Sequence record: DRR723986_619
Reading direction: 5' to 3' (one strand)
Length of the DNA: 44,691 nucleotides
Within the stretch, counting starts at the first letter, position 1, and the number at the start of each line of letters is the position of its first letter. A program made the position numbers and the translations under genes. The notes beneath the pieces were generated by a model, which was not told the origin of the DNA, did not search any database, and saw only the letters and a program-made list of their open reading frames with translations. Of this stretch, positions 28,110 to 36,666 are shown one piece after another.

Positions 28110-31100
28110 TTATTCGGCCGCCTGGCCTGCCTGGCAGCGGGCCAGATGGGCACGCAGGGCAGCCGGTTTCAGCGGCTTGTTGAAGAAGGCGATGTCCTTT
28201 TCCTCGGCTTCCGTGCGCACAGGGCGGCTTCGGTCCGCGGTGATCAGGATCGCGGGGATCTGGCGACCGAATTTCCATCTCAGTTTCAAGATCGCCTCGA
28301 TACCGGTGCCATTGTCGAGGTGATAGTCCGCCAGTATGACGTCCGGCGTCAGGCCGGCTTTGCTGAGCTCGTTTGCCGCCTCCACGTCATCGGCAGCTGC
28401 AATCACCTTGCAGTTCCAGTTCGTCAGCAGGTGGCGCATGCCGCTCAGGATGTCCGGCTCGTTGTCGATGGCCACAACGCAAAGACCATCAAGCTGGCCA
28501 GCCATGGTTGGGGCCTGTGGAATGGGAACGAGATCGGGCATGTCCGCGGAACGAGGCAGTTCGACCGAGAAGCACGAGCCCTTGTTGGCTTCCGAGCGGA
28601 GTTCAACCGGGTGGTTCAGAACGTGGCTGATGCGCTCGACAATGGACAAGCCTAGCCCCAGCCCCTTGGCAACGCGCATGCCGTCATCCAGCCGGTGAAA
28701 TTCTTGGAAAATCGCCTTCTGCTTGCTTTTCGGGATGCCCATGCCGGTGTCGTGAATTTCCACGATCACCCGATTGCCGCGTCGGCGGCACCCCACAAGG
28801 ACGCGGCCTGACTGAGTGTATTTCAAGGCGTTCGAAACGAGGTTCTGCAGCAGGCGCCGCATAAGGCGTCTATCTGTCCGCACCGAAAGGGACGTCGGCA
28901 CGATCCGCAGTTCCAACCCCTTTTCCTTGGCGACAGGCTGGAAATCGAGATCGATTCCGCGCAGCAGTTCGTCCAGCCGGAAGACCGTCGGTTCCGGTTT
29001 CAGGGCGCCGGTGTCGAGCCTGGAAATATCGAGGACGGCGCCGAGAATGTCCTCGACCGATTCCAGTGCCATTTCCACATTGCGGACCAGCGAGCCGTCG
29101 TCGCCGTCCTTAAGCTTGTCGACCAGAACCGAGGCGTAAAGACGGGCGGCATTCAGAGGCTGCAGGATGTCATGCCCGGCCGCTGCCAGGAAACGGGTCT
29201 TGCCGATATTGGCTTCTTCCGCGGCGTGGGTGGCCTCCACCAGGCGTTCGTTGACGTGGGTGAGCTCTTCCGTGCGTTCCCTGACCCGGCGTTCCAGCGT
29301 CTCGTTGGCGCGGGCGAGAGCTTCTTCCGCCAGAACCCGCTCGGTAATGTCTGTATAGGTGGTCACGATGCCGCCGTCGGGCATCGGACTGATGCGGACT
29401 TCGAACACCGCTCCGCTTGATTCCAGTTTTTCCTGAAAGGTCTCCTGGATCAGCACCAGCTTCTCGATCCGGTCGGCGACGATCGCTTCCACAGGCCCGG
29501 GGCCATGCTCGCCCCGTTCCGCGTTGAAACGCAGGATCGCATCCAGTGTGGTGCCGACCTGACCATATTCGGCAGGCAGTCCCAGCAGGTCGCGGAACTG
29601 CCTGTTCCAGCAGATCAGACGCAGATCCCGGTCGAACACTCCGATGCCCTGGCGCACCTGATCGAGTGCCGTCTGCAGCAGGTCGCGGTTGTACTGAATG
29701 GCGATGGAGGCGTCGTCGAGCAGCTTCACTGCGCCCTTGGTCGACGGGTCGTGCCGCTTGAGCATCAAGGTCAGCACAAGGCGGGACGAGGCCGCGCCAA
29801 TCGCGCTTGCCAGAAGTTGCTCGGAAAAGCGCAGCAGGTTGGCGTCCGCCAAAGTTTTCGGATCGAGTTCGATACCTCGTTCGCTCGCAAACCGCCGGAA
29901 CGAACGGGCCGTCCGCTCTTCGCCGAGATAGCGCGCGACGGTTGCCTGCAAGTCTCCGGCGGTAACGGACGTACGCCAGTAACGCAGGCTGGGGGAGGGC
30001 GCGAACTCGGCCGGTACGAAGACGTTTGCCTGAAGGGTCTCCGCAGGCAGAGGCTTTCTCAGGAAGGAGCCGCCTACAAACAGGACAATGTTGACGAAAA
30101 GGCTCCACAGGGTGCCATGGATAAACGGATCCATGGTGATCCCGAGCAGGGCTTGCGGGTTCAGTTCGCTGATGCCGAACGGGCCGGTTTCCAGGAAGCC
30201 GTCGGAAATCAAGCCGGATTTGGCGAAGGTCGGCAGAAGCAGCGTATAGGCCCAGAAGACAAACCCGCCGCTCAGCCCGGCGATGGCCCCCAGAGACGTG
30301 GCCCGGCGCCAGAAGAGGGCGCCGACGAAAGCGGGAGCGAATTGCGCGATTGCGGCGAAGGACAGAAGCCCGATGGAAACGAGCGCCGCGGTATTGCCGG
30401 CCGCCTTGTAGTAGGCATAGGCCAGCAGCAGGATGCCGAAGATGGCGAGGCGGCGGATCGTAAGCAGCCGGTCGCTCATGTCCTGGCCGCCGATGTTGAC
30501 GATGTCGTCCTCGCTGTGCCGGCGCAGCAGGAGCGGCACAACGATGTCGTTGGAAATCATGATGGCCAGCGCAACCGTCGCCACGATGACCATGGCCGTT
30601 GCCGCCGAAAGGCCTCCGATGAAGGCAAAGAGGGCAAGCCACGGGTGTCCGGCGTCTATGGGCAGGGCCAGAACGAAGGTGTCCGGATTGACGTCCTGTC
30701 CGAAGCGCAGCAGGCCGGCAGCTGCAATCGGGATCACGAACAGGTTGATCAGCACCAGATAGAGCGGAAACATCCAGGTCGCGCGGCGCAGCTCGGCGTC
30801 TGAATTGTTCTCCGTCACCGTGACGTGGAACTGGCGCGGCAACAAGAGCACCGCAAAGGCCGACAGGCACGACATGACGAGCCAGTTGCCGATGTTCAGC
30901 GGTTTTTCGAAAATCTGCGCGACTTCAGGCGCTTCCGAGATGGAACGGATCAGGTCGACCGGGCCGTCGAAAAGCGAGTAGGTGACCCAGAAGCCGACCG
31001 CGAGAAAGGCAATAAGCTTGACCACCGCCTCGGCTGCGATCGCCAGCATCAGCCCTTCCTGGTGCTCCGTCGCATCAATGTGTCTTGTCCCGAACGCCCA

Positions 31101-31631
31101 GCTGAAGATGGCCATGCCGAGGGCAATCAGCAGGGTGACGTCATCGAACACCGGCGTGAAGATGTCACCGGGGGAAATCAGCGGGCCAATCATGGTGGTG
31201 ATCGACAGCGACACAGCTTTCAGCTGCAGGGCGATGTACGGAATGACGCCAATGACCGCAATCAGTGTGGCAAGTGCTGCGACCGACTGGCTCTTGCCGT
31301 ACCGCGCGCCGATGAAATCGGCGATCGACGTGATGCTTTCTGTCTTGGAGATCTGGATGATCCGCTGCAGCAGCGGGTATCCGAGCGCGAAAACAATCAA
31401 GGGGCCGATATAGATGGTCAGGAATTCTATGCCCGTCCGGCTGGCGTTGCCGACTGAGCCGTAGAAGGTCCAGGACGTACAATAGACCGAAAGCGACAGG
31501 GCGTAGATGAAGGGGCGGCCGCCCGTACGCGACGAATACCGGCGGGGCATCCGGTCGCCGAAGCTGGCGATGGCGAACAAGCACAGGATGTAGGCCGTTG
31601 CGGCCAGTATCACGAGCCATCCATGCAGCAT
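28110..31631 (-). CDS. Hybrid sensor kinase with N-terminal Na+/solute symporter (SLC5) domain, PAS, HisKA-HATPase and receiver; CrbS/MxtR-like
   Basis: LSLSVYCTSWTFYGSVG, PYIALQLKA, LLPRQFHV, LLASAIGAASSRLV, AAGHDILQPL, NLVSNALKYT, GLGLGL and ILADYHL. ATG 31631 is the likely start. Confidence 0.92.
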   Translation of the reverse strand: MLHGWLVILAATAYILCLFAIASFGDRMPRRYSSRTGGRPFIYALSLSVYCTSWTFYGSVGNASRTGIEFLTIYIGPLIVFALGYPLLQRIIQISKTESITSIADFIGARYGKSQSVAALATLIAVIGVIPYIALQLKAVSLSITTMIGPLISPGDIFTPVFDDVTLLIALGMAIFSWAFGTRHIDATEHQEGLMLAIAAEAVVKLIAFLAVGFWVTYSLFDGPVDLIRSISEAPEVAQIFEKPLNIGNWLVMSCLSAFAVLLLPRQFHVTVTENNSDAELRRATWMFPLYLVLINLFVIPIAAAGLLRFGQDVNPDTFVLALPIDAGHPWLALFAFIGGLSAATAMVIVATVALAIMISNDIVVPLLLRRHSEDDIVNIGGQDMSDRLLTIRRLAIFGILLLAYAYYKAAGNTAALVSIGLLSFAAIAQFAPAFVGALFWRRATSLGAIAGLSGGFVFWAYTLLLPTFAKSGLISDGFLETGPFGISELNPQALLGITMDPFIHGTLWSLFVNIVLFVGGSFLRKPLPAETLQANVFVPAEFAPSPSLRYWRTSVTAGDLQATVARYLGEERTARSFRRFASERGIELDPKTLADANLLRFSEQLLASAIGAASSRLVLTLMLKRHDPSTKGAVKLLDDASIAIQYNRDLLQTALDQVRQGIGVFDRDLRLICWNRQFRDLLGLPAEYGQVGTTLDAILRFNAERGEHGPGPVEAIVADRIEKLVLIQETFQEKLESSGAVFEVRISPMPDGGIVTTYTDITERVLAEEALARANETLERRVRERTEELTHVNERLVEATHAAEEANIGKTRFLAAAGHDILQPLNAARLYASVLVDKLKDGDDGSLVRNVEMALESVEDILGAVLDISRLDTGALKPEPTVFRLDELLRGIDLDFQPVAKEKGLELRIVPTSLSVRTDRRLMRRLLQNLVSNALKYTQSGRVLVGCRRRGNRVIVEIHDTGMGIPKSKQKAIFQEFHRLDDGMRVAKGLGLGLSIVERISHVLNHPVELRSEANKGSCFSVELPRSADMPDLVPIPQAPTMAGQLDGLCVVAIDNEPDILSGMRHLLTNWNCKVIAAADDVEAANELSKAGLTPDVILADYHLDNGTGIEAILKLRWKFGRQIPAILITADRSRPVRTEAEEKDIAFFNKPLKPAALRAHLARCQAGQAAE

Positions 31632-31905
31632 GATCTGGTAACCGTCCTCCCGAGCGGCATGGGGTCCGTCGGCCTCTTGTCGGGCCGGCTCGAACCTGTT
31701 TCCCGGCAACCCCTTACGCTGCCTTGTCCGATCCGACCACAGCCAAATCGATCTGTCTATTCGCCTTGCGACTGATCTGCTTTCAAGGCTTTCCCAAGGT
31801 ATGTGAATTGATCACCTTCGGTGAAGTCTTCTTCACATCCTTTCATGGAACATTGGCAAGCAAACCCGATAAGGTGGCGCCAATTGACAATGAAGGATCT
31901 GCCAC

Positions 31906-33078
31906 GTGACCAGCCTGATCGAGCGATTGAGCCCGGAAGCCAGAACCGCACCTGAAAGCGGTATCGTTGAAGTTTTCAATGCCGGACGTGACCGGAAAGA
32001 TCTGATCCCGCTCTGGGCCGGCGAAGGCGATCTGCCGACGCCCGAGTTCATCCGCGCAGCTGCGAAGGCGTCGCTCGACCGGGGCGAGACGTTCTACACA
32101 TACCAGCGCGGCATCCCGCAGCTGCGCGAGGCACTGGCGGCCTATCATCAGGATCTTTACGGCAAGCCTTTCTCGCCGGAACGATTCTATGTGACCGGAT
32201 CGGGCATGCAGTCCATTCAGCTCGCCGTGCAGGCGGTTGCAGGAGCCGGGCGCGAAGTGATCGTGCCGACGCCGTCCTGGCCGAACATATCGGCTGCCAT
32301 CGAAATTCACGGCGCGCGTTCGGTCAGTGTGCAGATGCGGGAGGAGGATGACGGCTGGCGACTGGCCATCGAAGACGTCGAAGCAGCGATTACGCCGCAG
32401 ACGACCGCACTCTTCCTGAACTCGCCCTGCAACCCGACCGGATGGGTCGCAAGCGAAGACCTCTTGAAGACTTTTCTGGATCTCGCGCGAAAGCATGACC
32501 TCTGGATCATCGCGGACGAAATCTATGCACTGTTCTATTACGGGGAAGGGGAGCGTTCGCCCTCCTTCTACGATATCGCCGAAGAAGACGACCGCATCAT
32601 CTTCGTGAATTCCATGTCCAAGAACTGGGCAATGACCGGGTGGCGGGTCGGCTGGATCTCGGCGCCGCCGGAACTCGGCCAGGTCTTTGAAAACCTGATC
32701 CAGTATTCCACGTCGGGTGTTCCGTCCTTTTCGCAATGGGGCGCCGTTGCCGCCCTGACCGAAGGGCGCACGTTCCTGCAGGAGCAGGTCGCACGTGCTC
32801 GCAAGGGGCGTGACTGTGTTCTCAAGGGATTGCAGGGTCTAAACCGCGTGAAGGTGCTGCCACCCGACGGCGCGTTCTATCTCTTCTTTTCCATTGAGGG
32901 CGTCACGGACACACGCAACTTTGCGCTGGACCTTGTTCGCCAGACAGGTGTGGGTCTTGCACCGGGCACTGCGTTCGGCAAGGGCGGCGAACATCACCTT
33001 AGGTTATGCTATGCCCGGCGCGAGGATCACCTGGAGGAAGCAGTGCGTCGAATTAGCACTTGGATACCAGAGATTTAG
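31906..33078 (+). CDS. PLP-dependent aminotransferase class I/II
   Basis: NSPCNPTG, IIADEIY, SMSKNWAMTGWRVG and LRLCYA motifs. Confidence 0.93.
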   Translation: MTSLIERLSPEARTAPESGIVEVFNAGRDRKDLIPLWAGEGDLPTPEFIRAAAKASLDRGETFYTYQRGIPQLREALAAYHQDLYGKPFSPERFYVTGSGMQSIQLAVQAVAGAGREVIVPTPSWPNISAAIEIHGARSVSVQMREEDDGWRLAIEDVEAAITPQTTALFLNSPCNPTGWVASEDLLKTFLDLARKHDLWIIADEIYALFYYGEGERSPSFYDIAEEDDRIIFVNSMSKNWAMTGWRVGWISAPPELGQVFENLIQYSTSGVPSFSQWGAVAALTEGRTFLQEQVARARKGRDCVLKGLQGLNRVKVLPPDGAFYLFFSIEGVTDTRNFALDLVRQTGVGLAPGTAFGKGGEHHLRLCYARREDHLEEAVRRISTWIPEI

Positions 33079-33099
33079 AGCCCTGACGGGTTGCTGGCC

Positions 33100-33115
33100 T
33101 ACGGGAAAACCCTTA
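33100..33115 (+). promoter_or_regulatory. Candidate FixJ-type site upstream of fixL
   Basis: Imperfect palindrome TACGGG-AAAA-CCCTTA, same TAnG-N8-CnTA shape as sites before the fixT-like gene and fixK. Confidence 0.45.
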
Positions 33116-33155
33116 AACCTAGACGGGATGAGAATTCCATTTGGGTGCGGGGACG

Positions 33156-34343
33156 GTGGGCGACGACGTTTTAGATCACGATGATGACAATGCAGCCGTA
33201 ACGGAAGCGCGTCTTGCCAGTGTTTTCGATACCGCGGCCGACGGTATTGTCGTGATCAATGACCGTGCGCAGGTGCTGGCCTTCAACAAGGCCTGTGAAC
33301 GGCTTTTCGGCTATGAAGCCGCCGACCTTCTGGGACGCAATGTCAACAGGATCATGCCTGCTGAATATGCCAACGCGCATGATCACTACGTGAACAATTA
33401 TCTCACCACCGGTCATAAGAAGATCATCGGTATCGGCCGCGAAGTCCAGGCCCGCCACAAGGACGGCACGGTCTTTCCCATCGAGCTGTCTGTCGGTGAG
33501 GCATGGACACCGGCCGGACGACAATTCATCGGCATCCTGCGCGACCTGCGCTCGCGCCGACAGATGGAAGACCGGTTGGCCAAGACCCAGGCACAGCTTC
33601 TCCACATGACCCGGATCAGCGCACTGGACGAAATGGGCGCGGCGATTGCGCATGAGCTCAACCAGCCGCTGACCGCTGTACTGCTCTACCTGCAATCCGT
33701 ATCGCGCAAGACCCGTGCCGACAAATCCCTGGATCCCTTCATCATCGAGGTTATCGACAAGGCGGTACGCGAAGCCGAGCGGGCGGGAGAAATCATCCAG
33801 CGCATGCGTCAACTGGTGGAAAAGAAAACGCCCAATCGCCAGTCGATCGAAGTGCGGGACTTTGTCACCAGCTGCCTGGAAATGGCGGAACTCGGTAGCG
33901 GCGATGGCAGATCGATCATGAAGGCCGAGATCGCCAGAGGACTGCCGCCACTGATGGCCGACCCGGTGCAGATCCGGCAGATTCTCATCAACCTGCTGCG
34001 CAATGCGCGCGAAGCAGTCTGCGATCAGGCCGACCGCAAGGTGGTGCTGGCCGTATGCCGGAATGGAGATCGCCTGGAATTTCGGGTTACGGACAACGGC
34101 CCGGGCGTTCCCGAAGAGCTGGTTGACAACCTGTTCCGGGCCTTTACGGGTGCCAAGCACAAGGGGGTTGGTCTGGGCTTGGCGATATCCCGTTCGATTG
34201 CTCAAAACCATGGTGGTGATTTGCGTCTGGAAAAGGGGGCAAACGGACGAGGGGCCTCCTTCGTGTTGTCTTTGCCAATAGACCCGCCCGAAGAAGATGT
34301 TGCAGAAAGAGCCGAAAAGAACGGTTCGAAAGAAATGAGCTGA
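33156..34343 (+). CDS. fixL: Oxygen-sensing heme-PAS histidine kinase FixL (soluble, single PAS)
   Basis: IMPAEYANAHDHYVNNYLTTG.KKIIGIGREV heme-PAS signature with proximal His and distal Arg; AIAHELNQPL, NLLRNA, DNGPG and GVGLGL. Start GTG 33156 or TTG 33141. Confidence 0.9.
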   Translation: MGDDVLDHDDDNAAVTEARLASVFDTAADGIVVINDRAQVLAFNKACERLFGYEAADLLGRNVNRIMPAEYANAHDHYVNNYLTTGHKKIIGIGREVQARHKDGTVFPIELSVGEAWTPAGRQFIGILRDLRSRRQMEDRLAKTQAQLLHMTRISALDEMGAAIAHELNQPLTAVLLYLQSVSRKTRADKSLDPFIIEVIDKAVREAERAGEIIQRMRQLVEKKTPNRQSIEVRDFVTSCLEMAELGSGDGRSIMKAEIARGLPPLMADPVQIRQILINLLRNAREAVCDQADRKVVLAVCRNGDRLEFRVTDNGPGVPEELVDNLFRAFTGAKHKGVGLGLAISRSIAQNHGGDLRLEKGANGRGASFVLSLPIDPPEEDVAERAEKNGSKEMS

Positions 34344-34350
34344 GGAAGTG

Positions 34351-34968
34351 ATGGACATGAAAGCTGACGCGGAGGCCATATACATCGTTGATGATGATCC
34401 GGCGGTGCGCGACGCGCTGTCGGTGCTTTTCAATATGGAAGGCTATGTGGTCGAAACCTTTTCGGATGGCGACACTTTCGTGCAGTCTGCAAGCAAGGCT
34501 GTTCCTGCCTGTGTCATGCTGGATGTCCATATGCCTGGGCGCTCCGGTATCGAGATACTCAAGGCGCTGAATGCCGAACACTATCCGGCGCCGATCTTCA
34601 TCATTTCCGGCCAGGGCGACATTCCGATGGCTGTTGAAGCCATTCGCAACGGCGCCTTTGACTTCGTGGAAAAACCGTTTTCCGCTGAAACCGTGCTGGA
34701 GCGGGTGAAGGAAAGCATCGCCATCACCAAGCAGCGTCAGGACGAGGTCGTCACGGCCTCTTTCCAGGGAGCGGATCTGCTGACCCGCCGTGAGCTGGAA
34801 GTCCTGAAGGAAATCACGGACGGAGCTTCCAACAAGGAAGCCGGCCGCACTCTTGGAATCAGTCCGAGAACGGTGGAAGTGCACCGGGCACGGATCATGG
34901 AAAAACTGGGTGCACGCAATGCGGCGGATCTCGTTCGCATTGTTCTGGGCCACTCCGCCTCGGGATAA
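34351..34968 (+). CDS. fixJ: Response regulator FixJ
   Basis: IVDDD, MLDVHMPG, GDIPMAVEAIRNGAFDFVEKPF and LGISPRTVEVHRARIMEKL; directly after fixL. Confidence 0.93.
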   Translation: MDMKADAEAIYIVDDDPAVRDALSVLFNMEGYVVETFSDGDTFVQSASKAVPACVMLDVHMPGRSGIEILKALNAEHYPAPIFIISGQGDIPMAVEAIRNGAFDFVEKPFSAETVLERVKESIAITKQRQDEVVTASFQGADLLTRRELEVLKEITDGASNKEAGRTLGISPRTVEVHRARIMEKLGARNAADLVRIVLGHSASG

Positions 34969-35110
34969 GCCGGGTTCAGGTGAACGGCTGGAATGCATTT
35001 CCGGATGACCGGCATGCCGAAACGTATTTCTGCGTACATCCGGCAAGCAAAATATCGCGTATGTATGATTGATCGTCTGCGTTGGGGGCAGGCTTTGAGG
35101 ATCTACATTC

Positions 35111-35467
35111 GTGGTTGTTCACATTGTTGAAGATGATGAAGCAGTCGCCGATGCATTGGCGATTGCGCTCGAAGATCTCGATCATCATCCGATAACTTAC
35201 AAAGATGCGGAGAGTTTTTTCGCCGGCGGTATTCCTTCGTCGGACGATTGGGTGATCGTGGACATCGGTCTTCCCGACAAATGCGGCACGGATGTCGTTC
35301 GTGAACTCATGGGCCTGCCAACACCTCCGAGCATCCTTGCCATTTCCGGCAAGTCGAGAGTGAACCTGTTGCAGCAAATTCGTGAGCTTCCGGGGCTCAA
35401 AATTCTGAGGAAACCGCTGTCGATAGACATGCTGACGGCGGCCATGGCTCAGAAGGCGATCATCTGA
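35111..35467 (+). CDS. Single-domain response regulator, FixT-like by position
   Basis: IVEDD, VIVDIGLP, ISG and RKP receiver residues; 118 aa between fixJ and fixK. Confidence 0.8.
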   Translation: MVVHIVEDDEAVADALAIALEDLDHHPITYKDAESFFAGGIPSSDDWVIVDIGLPDKCGTDVVRELMGLPTPPSILAISGKSRVNLLQQIRELPGLKILRKPLSIDMLTAAMAQKAII

Positions 35468-35614
35468 TCTCTCCGCCTGTTTGACCCAATTTCAGAAAAT
35501 TGAGTGTTCGAGATTGAGCGTTGCCGATTTTGGCGGGCGTTGGCTTCGCGCGCCCGAAACGCGCAGGCAGTCCCGGCCTGATTAGACCTTAGTCGGCTGC
35601 GTCGTTACGGCTCA

Positions 35615-35630
35615 TATGTAGTTTATCTTA
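35615..35630 (+). promoter_or_regulatory. Candidate FixJ site upstream of fixK
   Basis: TATGTAGTTTATCTTA; core GTAGTTTATC resembles the GTAGTTTCCC FixJ site of the S. meliloti fixK promoter. A possible -10 TAGAGT lies at 35669-35674. Confidence 0.6.
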
Positions 35631-35822
35631 CGCAGTCGACCGAATTACGTTGTGTGCACTCCGCGTTTTAGAGTGCATCCTGCAAGCTGCGGGGTGTCGG
35701 ACGGGACACCTGCAAGCAGTGGTCGATTTTTCGAGCGGTGCGGAAATGGAAGCACCAAGGAATGGAGATCACCCGCTGACGTAGCAAATGAAGGCCGTGC
35801 CACAGGCACGAAGGAGGGACAT

Positions 35823-36536
35823 ATGGCTTATTTCGACGCGGGTACCCCCGGCCAGGGCGCAGCACCAAGAATGACAGGTGCTCCCATCTGCACACCCAGC
35901 AAGACATCGTTTTCGGAATTTGGCGGCAAGGCTGTCCAATACGACACCCATGCGGTGATCTATTACGAAGGCGATCCCGCAAAGCGGCTCTATGAGTTGG
36001 TGAAGGGCTCGGTGATGCTTTACAAGCTGCTGCCGGACGGACGCCGCCAGGTTGTCGAAGTCCTTCGTCCCGGTGACATTTTCGGTCTTGCCGGCAGTGA
36101 CGAGAACGACTGCACCGCCGAAACACTCACCAATGCCGAAATTCAGGAAATCGATCTGAAGCAGGTCGAACGCTCCGATGCGCTTCAGCGCACGCTCACC
36201 AGATGCCTGACCAACCAGATGCGCGTGCTGCACGAGCATGCGGTTCTGCTCGGCCGCAAGTCTGCCGTCGAACGGGTTGCTAGCTTTCTGATGCATCTCG
36301 TTCCGGATCGCGGTGGTGTCGGCTGCATCGGGCCGATTGACGACAGCGACGACGGGTTCGACCTGAGACTGCACATGACCCGGCAGGAAATCGCCGACTA
36401 TCTGGGTCTGACCATCGAGACTGTCAGCCGCGTTGTGTCCGATCTGAAACGCCGGGGCGTTATCCGCGTCGACCGCGCCGACCAGATCCATCTCAACAAG
36501 GTCTGCAGCCTCTGTCAGATGACAGGTATGCACTGA
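35823..36536 (+). CDS. fixK: CRP/FNR-family regulator FixK
   Basis: AAGGAGG RBS; DGRRQV, GRKSAVERVASFL and MTRQEIADYLGLTIETVSR. No N-terminal FNR cysteine cluster; downstream of fixLJ. Confidence 0.88.
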   Translation: MAYFDAGTPGQGAAPRMTGAPICTPSKTSFSEFGGKAVQYDTHAVIYYEGDPAKRLYELVKGSVMLYKLLPDGRRQVVEVLRPGDIFGLAGSDENDCTAETLTNAEIQEIDLKQVERSDALQRTLTRCLTNQMRVLHEHAVLLGRKSAVERVASFLMHLVPDRGGVGCIGPIDDSDDGFDLRLHMTRQEIADYLGLTIETVSRVVSDLKRRGVIRVDRADQIHLNKVCSLCQMTGMH

Positions 36537-36560
36537 TCCGTTGCTTTATAGTCGACCTGG

Positions 36561-36590
36561 AAAGGGCTGCGATTTTCGCGGCCCTTTTTT
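36561..36590 (+). terminator. Intrinsic terminator of fixK
   Basis: AAAGGGCTGCGA-ttt-TCGCGGCCCTTT followed by TTT. Confidence 0.85.
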
Positions 36591-36634
36591 GTTGTCGATC
36601 TTCGGCGATCCGTAAGCTGGCAAGTTCGGTAATC

Positions 36635-36659
36635 GGCCCCGAGGTCTCGCCTCGGGGCC
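36635..36659. terminator. Hairpin just after the hemN stop
   Basis: GGCCCCGAGG-tctcg-CCTCGGGGCC perfect 10-bp stem; only a weak U-tail on the hemN strand. Confidence 0.55.
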
Positions 36660-36666
36660 ATTTTCT

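Noticed and set aside
35652..35822. N-terminal extensions in the ORF track (fixK from 35652, hemN from 38154, kinase from 31709, ligase from 20800, NTF2-like from 16359)
   Set aside because: Better RBS or family-typical N-termini lie downstream, and the extensions overlap promoter elements or neighbouring genes.
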